A DNA stretch of 64,000 nt from Heteronotia binoei (taxonomy: Eukaryota), in the NCBI RefSeq assembly GCF_032191835.1, contig NC_083237.1:806001-870000 (forward strand), read 5' to 3'. The notes beneath the pieces were generated by a model. That model was not told where the DNA came from, did no database searches, and worked only from the letters and a program-made list of their open reading frames with translations. The position numbers and the translations under genes were made by a program. Positions 11,111 to 22,600 of this stretch are shown in pieces; position 1 is the first letter of the stretch, and each line of letters starts with the position of its first letter.

Positions 11111-14100
11111 ATCCTCTCTCTCTCTCTCAACTACTCGGCTGTGACACTTTGGAAGGCTAAACAGTCTGAAAAAGGAATGGAAAGTTTCTCAAGGAAACCT
11201 GGAGAGCAGAGAAGCCAGCTTCCACGCCAGGCCTGCTTTTGAAAGGGAGGAGGAGGAGCGGAACTCCCCTTCTCCCAAGGCCTCATTGGCCGGCTCCAGA
11301 CTCTCCTGGGAAGGCCCTCCACCAGCACAACTTCCAGCACATGCAGCAGGGTTTCCTTGCGCTTTGCACTGAGTTTGCCGCCACCAAAGGCAGGCATTTC
11401 TTCCAGCAACCGGCACCTCTGCAGTATCACCAGCCAGCCACAGACAGCTGTCACTCCGTCAGCCAGGCACTTCTCACCCAGAAAGTGTTCCGAGTGCCCA
11501 AGAGAGGCAACCTTCTGACAGAAGCCGCAGCAGCCAGGAGTGGAAAAGACCAAACGACCATCCGGCCTGAAGCAAGGACATTCCAACACCAGCCCCCAAA
11601 TCTATACCAGCTGGTTTTTTAAAAAGCTGCCTCCAGCTTCCTATCCTAGGCCAGGTTAAAAGGAGAGGATCAGGGGTGCATTTAGCATCAACTGTGCGAT
11701 TGCTGGTCTCCAGAAAGGGCAAAGTGATAGGAAAGCCGGCCATCGTATGCCACCGTGGGGGCAAGAGAGGCCATGAGGTTCAACTGGCACTCTTGAACTC
11801 CAAGCCAACCCCTGATGCTGGAATGCTGCTGCCAAACACAGCCCAGCGGGTGAATCGGCAGCTGAGCACGAGGGGCTGAACTCTCTCTCCGGCTGCTCGG
11901 CTCCCTGTCAGCTTCTCCACACAAGAGCCACCTCCAGCAAGATGCATCCGCCTGAGCCAGCTGGGCCTGGCCTGGAAGGGGAGCTGACAGCTTGGAGTCG
12001 GCGCACGCCCACTGGGACGTCTGGCGGGGCTGTGGCAGAACCTTCTGTGCTCTGGGCGATGACAGCCCCAGGCTCACAAGCTGCTCAGAGGGCAGCCCAA
12101 AATGAAAAGCAGGGAGAGGGTGGGCAACCATTTGGGCAGGGAGATCATCGGGGGGGGGGGAGGAGCTGGGGTTTCTGCCACTAACTGAGCCCGTGAGCAC
12201 CTAGCCCAGACCTTGGCAAAATGCTCCAGTACCAGCTTTCCAAGAAATATTTTCCACCTCAAAACTAGAGAGAGAGAGAAAGAAAAAGTACTGTCTCATT
12301 AATCGGCTTCATTTCACAGAGCGGCCTAATCCAAAAGTCACACCAAAACTGTGGCTCAGGAAGGCTAACCAGGGCACAACACCGACTGTGATAAGCCACA
12401 GTTTGGCATGAATCGCCCAAGCGCTCCATCCTTTGATCCATTCCTGAACACCCCGAGAAGAATACAGCTGGCCTGCGTGCTCAGCTCAACCCAAGGCTGA
12501 GCACAGGAGCTTCAGCAAGTCTGACGCAGCAGAGCTCTTCTCAAGGAAAACTCCGGCCTTCAGTCCCTAAGGAAGAGCTGAGACATTCTGGCTGCACCCA
12601 GCAGGAGCTGAGAGAGAGGCTGCAACGGGGAAAGGAAGCTCTTTAGCACTCTGCAGGCCCAGCCCCACTCCAACCTGCAACAGTTCTCCCTTTTGCAAAA
12701 CTTACAGGCTGAATCTCCATGATCCTTGTGCCCTGGCAGAGGCAGTGAGGAGGGCTGCGGCCCTGAGACCATGGCACTGCAGACAGCAGAAGCAGCCAAA
12801 GAACGCCACCTGCCACACCCAAAGTAATTGGCCTCCAGGTGCAGAGGAGCGAGGCTGCCCCCGGTGCTGCCAAAAAGAACCAATTTATTTCATGCCACCT
12901 CTTGCCGTGCGCAGGATTCGCCAGCCAAAGTCCCCCACGGAAACACTTCTCCATAAAACACATCCTTTACTTGTGCAATGCCCCATGGTCAGCTGCTTAG
13001 GCAGGGCAGAAAAAAAGGAACCTCCGTTTTCAGAGATGGCAGCTTCTCAAGACCGTCAGAATGAGCTGCAGGAAAGGCCACGGCTGCTGTGCCCGGCTCA
13101 CGAGGCGTCTGGCTACTGGCTGCCGGGCTACATGGAGTCTGGGCCTGATCCACCATGGCTGCCCGGTGGAGCAAGGCCTTCCAGCACTCGCAACAGCTGG
13201 CCAAAATGCTGGCAGCGTGGAAGTCAGCTGTCCCTTGAGCAGGAAGCCAGATGCATCACAAGGCCTCCAAAGAGCTCCGTGTCTTCCTGGGAAAAGGCAC
13301 CACTGTCCTCCTCACCCACCACACAAGCTGTCCTTGTCAGTATCTTCCCTGCCAAGCAAGCACGTGGACTATGCCAGACATCCTCAGTCCAAAATGCCAG
13401 CAGCTTGCGGGGGGGGGGGGAGAAGTCAACCATCTGCAGCAGCCCCAGAGCTCCTCCCCACAGACTGACCGTCACAATTGCACAAGCCGGCAAGGAACAT
13501 TTGCAGAGCAGCACAGGAAGAGGGGGGGGGGGGCTTCACAAAGCAAAGACTCCTCACCTCCTCGGCCTGCTTTGGCCCTCCCCCACAAATCTGAGCTCCA
13601 GGCAGCCACAACCCAATCCACTTCAACCCTCCATCTAAGCCTCCAATCAGTTCAGCCACGCAAGCCCGCTGCAGAAAAAAGACGAAGAGGTACACTGTGG
13701 CCCCCCCAAACCCAACAGATCTACTGCAGCAGATGCTTTTGTGGCTTCCAGACCACAAGTTTCACGTTATGAACCTGACAATGGAAGCTGCAGCCCACCT
13801 TTAAGATGCCACCCACTTGTTCCTGCTTCAGCCTTCTGATCACAATGATTTGTGAAGCTCCTCCCTGGCAGAGAGAGGCAGAGGGGAGCCGCCATGGCAA
13901 TGCAGACTCCCAGCCCAGAGCCAGGCCACAAAGAGGGCCTGCTGCACCGTGCAACAGGTAGACAGCTTCCAAAAGCTCCGTCTGACAAAAACATCTGCAC
14001 TCCTGCCTGTCTCCCAGGCATCCCAGCAGGGAAATCCAACAGCAAGGTGAACAGCGACCAAGATCTCCCTGCCTCCATTCCCACCTCAAGAGGCCTGAAG

Positions 14101-15284
14101 AGTCAGCGCAGAAATCCCCCAAATAACCCGCATCTCTTCCACCTGGCTTTCACAGAGGCCACCTAAAAAGCGACATCATTGCAACCCTCTGGAGTGACCA
14201 GTTTATCCATCCGCTTCTTCAATCAAAAGCTCGCCCCCAGGAAAAGGGAGCAGGCAGCCTTGACAGAGGTCCTGGTGAAGGAGTGTAGCCGTCAATGGCC
14301 AGGCAGCAGGCACTGGCTGCAACCCTGATCTTCAGCCCCTTCTCTGCCCCCCATCGGTTTTCCTACAATCTGCTCTAGCCGTCATTCACTTTAGGCACCT
14401 CAGCATCCCGGATATTTAGGCTGCCAATCTGCGTGCGTGGGCACATCTGCTCTTTGGGAAGCTGACACATGCAGGGCCCAATGCCGCCACAACCAGCAGA
14501 TGAGGGAAGAGAACAAAACAGGGCCCCACCTGCCCCCCCCCCGTTCCCTACAAGTCAGCTACCCCCAGCAGAAGCTTAGCAGACCTCTCCTTTCACAGAA
14601 CAGGCCACAGAGGGAATCCTGCCTTATTCCCCAGCCGCTTTCCTCCCCCACGCAAGTCTTCCTGCCAATCAAGCCTACACTGCAGAAACCCAAAGTGGAT
14701 CCCCCCCCTCGTGGCAGACGAGGACGCCTCCTGCTTTAAGCCTTCCTGGCATTTGAAAGGTCTGCATCATCAAGAGCCCCCTCTTCCTCCAGAAGTGAAG
14801 CTGGGAAAACGCAGAGAGATCTTTGCATTCTCCTCTGGCTCTGCAGGAGACCACCTCTCTGCAGACAGCTGCTCGCTCCTCCAGTCAGTGCGGATTCCCT
14901 CAAAGGAAACTTAGCAGTCCCTCCTCCTGCGTGGGGTGCCAGGTCTTCCGGGAGGCCTGTCCATTGCCAAGGAGATAGCCCAACCCACCCTGCCACTCAG
15001 GGGTCTTCACAGCAAGAGCCTCGGAAGAGGCAGCCGTGGAGAACTCGCACTCAGGCCCCTCCTGCCGCCGCCTCGCGCCAGTCCCTTGCAACGTGGCCCA
15101 CCTGGCAGGGCTCAAAGAAGCCGAGCACGAGGTGGGCGGGGCCTGGAGGCGAGTCCAGACATCAAAGGCCTGCGGGGTCAAAACCCTCCCCAGGGGGCGG
15201 AGCCAAGAGAAGACCGGGCGAGGGGACTGGGGGCGGGGCCAAGGGGTGTCGGGGAGGGGCCAGGCTTCCGACCACGCCTCTCAC

Positions 15285-15465
15285 CCGCCTGCGTGGTGTC
15301 GCTGAGGTCCCAGCGCCGGGCCGCTCCCTCGGGGAAGTGCCTCAGGTGCCGGCCCGCCAGGCTCAGCTTCCCTGAGGCCGCCGCTTCTTCCAGGGCGCGC
15401 TCGGGGCCCGGCAGGAAGGGGGAGGGCGGGGGCAGCGGCTCGGCCCCGCCCTCGCCCGCCGCCAT
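15285..15465 (-). CDS. LRCH4: LRCH4 first coding exon (leucine-rich repeat and calponin homology domain protein 4); downstream exons not found in the window
   Basis: ATG at 15465; MAAGEGGAEPLPPPSPFLPGPERALEEAAASGKLSLAGRHLRHFPEGAARRWDLSDTTQA then G|GTGAG donor (phase 1). Matches the LRCH4 N-terminus (ERALEEA..G.L.L..R.L.HFP.GAAR..DLSD.TQA). Head-to-head with FBXO24 as in human. Confidence 0.9.
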
Positions 15466-15539
15466 GCCGCAGGTTCCGCTCTTCCCGTTGCGGCAGCGCC
15501 TGGCCGAATGAACGCTCTGAGGCGGACACAGCGAGACCC

Positions 15540-16270
15540 CAGCCAAAGGGGGCGGGGCGTGAGGCGACGTCGTAGCCTATCAGGAGCCGGCCGCGAGGGT
15601 CGTTACCAATCGCGGGAAGGCAGGCGAGGCCGTTAATACCAGGTAGCCAATCCAATGGAAGCATGAGATTCAGATCTTCCTCTTTTCGCTCCAATCTACT
15701 GCCGGAGGCTAGAGACATGGGACGTTAGTGGGCTTCTAGCCAATGAGTCGTTCTTGAAGCGCACTGACTGCCATTTAAACCAATCACCGGCAAGAAGGCT
15801 GTTCGCCCGGCCCCCTTTTCCTTCGGTGCCTGGCACCGACGCGCGTCTTCTCTTTTCGGCAAATGAAATTCGATGTGGGCGGGATGTGTGTGACTATTTC
15901 CCAATCATTAAGGGCCGATTATCACAGCCTGCGGGAGTGGGCGTGTCCCAGTTTGTGAATGACAGCGGTTTTACCAATCAGACAAGAAGGGACGACTCCC
16001 AGCGCTTTCGGCGGCAACGATTGAAAGACTGGCAGAGGGAGGAGATGCCCTTGTTCCCTCTTGGGGCAACAGCCGGCCCGGAAAGGGAAGAGTGACAGCT
16101 CGCCGGCAAATCCACAGAACAGTCTCCTCAGGAGAGTTGACCAATCGGGGTCAAAGTTACCTCAGGGGGGAGGCGGGTCTACAACTTTGAAAGATATGGA
16201 GCCCGGCCAATCAGTAACAGGAGAGAGGGCCGCTTGCCCTTGACTGACAGACCGCTTTGCCAATAGCGTT
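15540..16270. promoter_or_regulatory. Bidirectional CpG-rich promoter of LRCH4/FBXO24 with GC box and 11 CCAAT boxes
   Basis: CpG-rich; GC box near 15550; CCAAT at 15606, 15647, 15652, 15691, 15740, 15780, 15901, 15974, 16141, 16207 and 16260; lies between divergent genes. Confidence 0.75.
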
Positions 16271-17164
16271 TGGAGCCTGAGCGGAACCAGGGCGGTAGCC
16301 CAACCCCCCCTCCAGCAATGGCTTCTGCGGGGTGGCCCCGCTGTGTTCCCTTCCCTGGCCTCCCACCCGAATCTCCACAGATTCCCCAGCCAGGAGGGGG
16401 AGAACCACAGATTCCTCCAGGGGGCAGAGCCCAGCCAGGCCCTGGGGCTGCCCAAGCACTTAAAACATTCTTTCTTACAAATATAGATACAAGACATAAA
16501 AACAGCAACATTAACACCACAGTTTCAGGCTGCTGGGACCTTAATCGAAGGTGGTCCTAAACAAAACCCGTTTTCCACCCGCTCCCAAAAGGCCAGGGAC
16601 ACCTCCCTGGGAAGGTTGTTCCAGCATTCCGGGGCCACCACCAAAAAGGCCTGCCCCTCTCTCCTGTGCCCGCGGGATGAGCCTGGATTGAGGGGGCCAG
16701 TCAGGAAGGCCTCTCCCTAAATCTAAATTCCTGGGCAGGGGTGAAGGGGAGAAAACCCTCCTTCAGCACGCTGATCCCAAGCCAGATAGGGCTTTAAAGG
16801 AGAAAAGCAACATCTTGGGAGCAGACCGGAAGCCGGTGTAATGGCTGTGATGTTGGGGTCACATGCTCCCAATAGCTGGCCCCAACCAGCAGTCAAGCCA
16901 TAGTGTTCTGCAGGGGCTGCTGCTTCCAAACACTGTTTGCCGGTAGCCCCAAGCAAAATATATTGCAGTAGTCCACTCTAGCTGTAACTAGGGCGTGGAT
17001 CACTGTGGCTAGAGCAGGCTGAGTTAGGAATGGCACAACTGGGGCACCAGCCAAAGCTGGGTGAAAACCCCCTGAACCACAACCACCACCACCACCTGGT
17101 TCCCCATATGTATTGCTTCAACCCTTGTTTCCCCATAAAAACAGGTTGCTTACCTGTAACTGAT

Positions 17165-17279
17165 GATCTTCAAGTGGTCATCTGTGCAGTCCCACACATG
17201 GGTCTTGCCGCAGGCAACGGATCCATACCTCCGAGGCAAGACCCATGTGTGGGACTGCACAGAGACCACGATGAAGATC
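17165..17279. repeat. Long inverted repeat (perfect 28-bp stem, 25-nt loop), possibly joined termini of a DIRS-type element
   Basis: CTGTGCAGTCCCACACATGGGTCTTGCC (17182-17209) is the exact reverse complement of 17235-17262; outer GATCTTCA/TGAAGATC and GTGGTC/GACCAC also pair. The DIRS origin is inference. Confidence 0.8.
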
Positions 17280-17732
17280 TGGATACATACAGCTCCCCCC
17301 AGCTGCAGAGAGAAGAATGATACAGTCAGGCAGCACTCCCCAGCTGCAGACCTGGTTTTCCAAGAGAGGTATAACCCCCAAGCAAGCAGAGGAGATCTCA
17401 AGTCCCTGGCTTGCCTTTCTACTCACCAAGAGAACCTCCGTAGTGTGCAGCAATCATGGCTGCCTTTGTGCCCCAGGACCACGAGGGTCCTTGGCACGCG
17501 GGTAACAAAGAAAGCCCTGGAGGAGCACTGATGTCACAGTGCCCCAGTTACCGGGGGAACCCTGGGCTCTGTGAAGCCAGCAGGCCTGCTATTATCACAT
17601 AGTGCCATGTCCCCTAGGGCGACTGACCATGTGGACAGAGGCATTGGAAAGCCTTGGCCATGCTGGGCCCAGCAACAAGGGTGGGTCTGAGAACTCACCC
17701 CCACCGCACAGGCTCCAGCTGGGTGGGCAGAC

Positions 17733-17819
17733 ATGAGCGACAGGCGCATTGCTCGAAAACTCAGGAGGCGAAAGCTCCAATGTTTCTCCCGCATCTCTAG
17801 CACTGAGGAACCATTTGGA
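17733..17819 (+). CDS. FBXO24: Candidate first coding exon of FBXO24 (MSDRRIARKLRRRKLQCFSRISSTEEPFG)
   Basis: ATG at 17733, basic RRRK stretch reminiscent of the human N-terminus (MGEKAVPLLRRRR), phase-0 donor GGA|GTGAGC compatible with the phase-0 exon at 19670/19673. Weak homology, so tentative. Confidence 0.35.
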
Positions 17820-19669
17820 GTGAGCATGCTACATTTGCAAAGGAAGGTTGTCAAGAGCAGGCAGGGCATGTGTGGGGAGTGGGGGGAGAGGACACATTCT
17901 GCTGCAGGGCTCAGTGCACAGGCCCCACTGGGCTTCTTCCTCCGTTTGCTTGCACCCGGACAGCCTGATTTAAAACTAATCCAGTTTAGGACCAAGACTT
18001 GCATTCTTTTAAATAATTGGCAAAATCCACACCAGTCGACTTTTTACCTAGCAGGTCTTGACTCAGCCGTGCTGTGCGCATGATGTAGTGGCACTCGATG
18101 TGCCATGTAAAATATTGGAGAAGTGCGTCAGAGCTGTATTTGTTGGTTCACAGTAGGAATGCGTCTCAGGACATTCCAAATATAGATCAAAGGAACAAAA
18201 TTACTGAGAAAAGACAATTTCTTGTTTACATTGCCATGTTTTTAATTACCCTGTGAATGATCTGTAACAGAATAGAATCCTTTCCTAGCATTCAGTGCCC
18301 ACAAACATCAAGAAAGATAAAAGCTTTCTGGCCAGTGGAGATGTGGCTTTAGAGAAGGGAATTTGTGCCCCCTGGTGCACATCTAGGAAAATGCATCAAG
18401 AATTGGCATCCTGTAGTAGTAGAATAAAGTTCGGGTCCAGCGGAACCTTTAAGACCAGCAAAATTTTATTCAAGGTACGAGCTTTCGTATGCAAGCAAAC
18501 TTCTTTAGATAAAACGAGATGAAAGAAAACCATTCAGGCTTATAGGCAGGGCTGAAAGCAGATTAGCATATAACACGGTGATGACATTTTGAGAAAACAG
18601 GAACAACAAGCCAGGTGTATGGGGTCAACAGCTGTATTAATTCAGTTATGGGGGAACAATGGTTGAAGCAATAAATATATTAAAATAGGAGATAAGTATG
18701 TAAGAGAATCTTTTCTAATTGTGGGTATGTTAACTTAGATTCCTTTACAACCCTGTTTGCCTCCCCTCAAGCGGGAAGGTAACAAGCAGCATTTTTTCCC
18801 CCTTTTTGTTGGAGTGGAGTGCAGTATATTTCAAGTTCACTGCATTATATTACAATCAGTATACATTGCTCTAAATACTATACCACTATATTGTTCTTTA
18901 TAGGTGTTAAATCAGGAAAAAAAAAATCTATTCCTATATATTGCATCGCATTACAAACAGTATTCCATTATATTGTTTTTAAAAGGTAGGATTTGGAATA
19001 TGCAGACTTGACCCCCCACTGCCATGGAAGGCCGCAGGGTAATCCTGGGCCAGTGAAACACACTCTGCCTAACCTACCTCACAGGGATGTTGTGAGGGGG
19101 GGAAAGAAGAGAGAAGAATTATAGAAACCACTTTGGGTACCTATTGGGAAGCAAGCAAATGAAGTAAAAATGGATAATAAAAGATTTTGTGCATCGTCTC
19201 TTAGACTTTGAGTATTGATAAAATCCCTCATATTCCATTTGCCCAACAAAACTAAATTAGTGTGAATCCCTTTTCCAGTCAGTTTTAACTAGGAGGCTTC
19301 CGCTGCCCCCCAGTGGGCACTGAGAATTCCAGAGCTGGAGCCTCTCCTAGGCAGCTGGCAGAGGGAGCCTCTGGGTCACATTAGAGGCTTTCCTGGCAAG
19401 GCTTCTGGGTGTTTTAATGGATGTGCAGAAGCCAGAAATTCCACATTTCAGCCTGCAGCCCCTGAAACACTGCCTGCCATGCAGCTGCTAAAGGTAGGAG
19501 AGCCTTCCCAGGAGACTAAAAGTGTCAGTCCTAGAAACTCAGAAGAAGTGAGTCCTGACCGAAACCTGGGGTCCAGCACCTCTATTTTCTTTTTTCCAGT
19601 TGAAGCACTGGAAGTAATATTGTCCAGGCTTGCTCACTCTTTCCCCTCATTTCCTTTCCCCCGCCTCAG

Positions 19670-22600
19670 CAGCCCAAGAAGAAGCAACGCAGCTCATCCA
19701 CTGAGACACCGGAAGAAAGGAAGGACAGAGGAAACTCCTCCGCCTCTATCCAGATTTTCCCTCCGGAGCTGGTATGTGAGAGAGGGGTTGGGGAGCTGCA
19801 GGGTGGCCCTTCCTGCCCAGTTCCAGAGGGCAGCCACGATGGTCAGCAACAGAAGGGTTAGATTTGAATCCCGGAGCACCTGGGAGGCCCACAAGAGCTT
19901 CCAGGTGGGGCTTTCAAGATTCACCCCTCCTCCCACCTTCTGACTGGGAGAAAAGGATCCCAAGGTCTCCATTCCTACTCCTGTCAGACCAAGGGAGTTT
20001 GGACTCCTGGCCACATGTCCCCTGAAACTCTTCTTGGCCTCAGAAGCGATACTGGATTCAAATCTAACTGCCCTGCCTGCACAGTGACTGAGCCTCTTTT
20101 CTCTCTCTCTCTCTCTCCCGCCCAGTTGTACTACATCATCTCCTTCTTGCCAGTGAAGGACATGGTCGCTCTGGGCCAGACCTGCCGGTACTTCTATGAG
20201 GTGTGCGACAGCGAGGGTGTCTGGCAGAAGATTTGCCGTCGCCTGTCCCCTCGGCTGCGGGATGAGAACTCCTTGGGCGGCAGCCGGCCCTGGAAGCGCT
20301 CGGCCATCCTCAACTGTCAGTATAGCTTGGTGTGGAATGGGGTGCCCGGAGAAGTGGGGAAGCCTTGCCCAAGGAAGGGTGGCGTTTGCACAGGGGAGAG
20401 AGTCCTGGGCACAGCGTGGGGGAGGAGCCCTTGTGCAAGGGGGAGGAATGGCAGCAGGTTGGAGAAAAGAAGGCTGAGCAGAAACACCAAGTGAGTCTTG
20501 CACCCCGCCCCTTCCCCACACCATGCAGGGATGGGAAAGGTGATGCTGAGCCAGATCCTCCAGAGAGACCCAATTCCCCTGCCCTGGGGTCTTTCTGTCC
20601 CACAGACACCAAGGGCTTGTACTTCCAGATGTTCAGTGGCCGCCGGCACTTCGTCAGCAAGACAGTCGCCCCGCTGCTCTCGCACGGCTACCGGAAGTTC
20701 CTGCCCACCAAGGACCACGTCTTCATCCTCGACTACAATGGCACCCTCTTCTTCCTCAAGAACGCCCTGGTCTCCTCCACCATGGGCAACGTCCAGTGGC
20801 GCCGTGCCTGCCGCTATGTTGTGCTGTGCCGCAGTGCCAAAGATGTACGTGCCTGGGGGGGGGGGGGACACTTGCCTTACAAGAGATGCTGAAAGGGGGG
20901 CAAACAGTGTTTCATTCCAGTGTTGCATTCACAGGGAGCACAGAGGCATGGCCCAGAACATGCAAGGGGTGGAGGGGAAAGTCTCTCTTGTTAGCAGGTT
21001 CTAGAGAAAGAACATCTTGCTGCTGCTGCTTTCTTGTCTCTGAGATACCTAGCTACCAATTAGAGAAGGGCTACTCTACAGTGGAGGGACCTCAGAGAAG
21101 TTCAGACCCCTTCCTGGGGACCTGCCCTGTTCAGTCAGCCAGGTGGTCAGATGGTGGAGGTGGCCTGCCAGAGAGAGGAGCTCTCCAGGGGCACAGATGC
21201 CCTCTTGAGGAGGCAGGTGGCCTCCTGCAGCTAGTGCTGATTGGTGTTCCTGATGCCTCAGGGAAACCTTTTCTGTGAATCTTGGTCAAGGAGGGTGGAG
21301 GAAGGTACTTCAGGGGTGAATCTTGAAGGCTCCTGCTTCCGTTACCCACTGCCTTTCCAGTAACTTCTGCTGCAGGCCTCACCGTGTTTCCTGAGCAGCA
21401 GCACCCTCTTCCAGTGAAAGAGAAACAACAGGAGCTGGGACTGGGGCTGCCCTCTTTTTTCTCTGAGCCACTGTCAGCAGCCCCACACACAGATATTCTC
21501 CAAATGAAGTTCCTGCCGGGAGGGAGGGGTGGGAAACCTTCCCCTCTTCCATGACAGAAAATGGAGAAATGGGAGTCCCTTAAAATAGAAGAAATGGCCA
21601 ACGAATCTGAAAGCCCATCAGCAGTGAAAGAGTGGGGAGGGGCCCTGCCTCAGTGGCAGATTATCTGCTTGGCATGCAGAAGGTCCCAGGTTCAATCCCC
21701 AGCATCTCCAGTTAAAGAGATCAGGAAGTGGAGTTGTATAAGAGCACCTTAGACCCTGGAGAGTCATTGCCTGTCTGAGTAGACAGCACTGATTTGTTGG
21801 ACCAAGAGGCTGATTCAGGATAAGGCAGTGTCCTGCATCCCACATGTATAAGCAGGACAGAGAAGAAACAGTCTTCAGCTACACTGTGTGAACCATACTC
21901 TTGTGTCTTGATTCAAAACAGATACAGGAACATGACCTGAATGAGGAAACACCATACGTAGATAGGGGGGAAAGAAGAACCCATGGATGTACTCAATGAT
22001 CCTTCTTCATCTCTACCCATAAGAATGATGGAGGATGGAGCCTGAGAAATTAATAGGCCTAAGTCCATTCTTGAACTAATTGGAAGGTCCATATTTGGAA
22101 GGCAGGCAGCCCTAAGTTCGGTCCCAGGCACCTCCCTCTACCCTGGGCTCTGTGAGCCAGGTGGATCAACACTCTGACTCAATATAAGGCAGATTCCCTA
22201 GAGAGAGAGAAAAACTCACAGCCATTATGCTACATTTGCTCTTAAATAAAATTGGAGCCTTGATTGGCTTGACTCCAGGGGGAGAGTTAGAGGTGGAGAC
22301 TGTAATCTGGGCAGGGGCTTGGGAGAGCTAGTTTAGGGTGAGGTACTGAAATCATAACCCCTTTTAATATTCAGGTATTGGCAAGTATAGAGGGTTAGTT
22401 CTGTTCCCTGTATATTGCGCTGCGGGCTTGCCTAGGCCTACAGAGACTCATGCTGCAATAAAGAGTGTACCAGTTGACCAGTCATCTTTGCCACAGCAGT
22501 TGGCAACCTTTTGATGCCCAAAAGGAAAGAGATATTCCAGTGCAGAAGATTACCTTTCTGGCCCATTTGTTTCCCCCTTTAGAGAAACACTAAATACAAT

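Noticed and set aside
12745-13638. 297-aa plus-strand ORF in the presumed LRCH4 intron
   Set aside because: No recognisable domain, no splice-consistent context, composition like non-coding GC-rich DNA.
1-15284. LRCH4 exon 2 and later leucine-rich-repeat exons
   Set aside because: No LRR-like peptide with suitable splice sites was found by eye; probably beyond the left edge, although a missed exon cannot be excluded.
18476-18510. Additional hammerhead-like motifs (also about 28295-28330, 42946-42975 and 53350-53385)
   Set aside because: Core substitutions (e.g. CTAAAGA, GGAAG, CAAAAG) or disrupted stem II; degenerate Penelope-like remnants.
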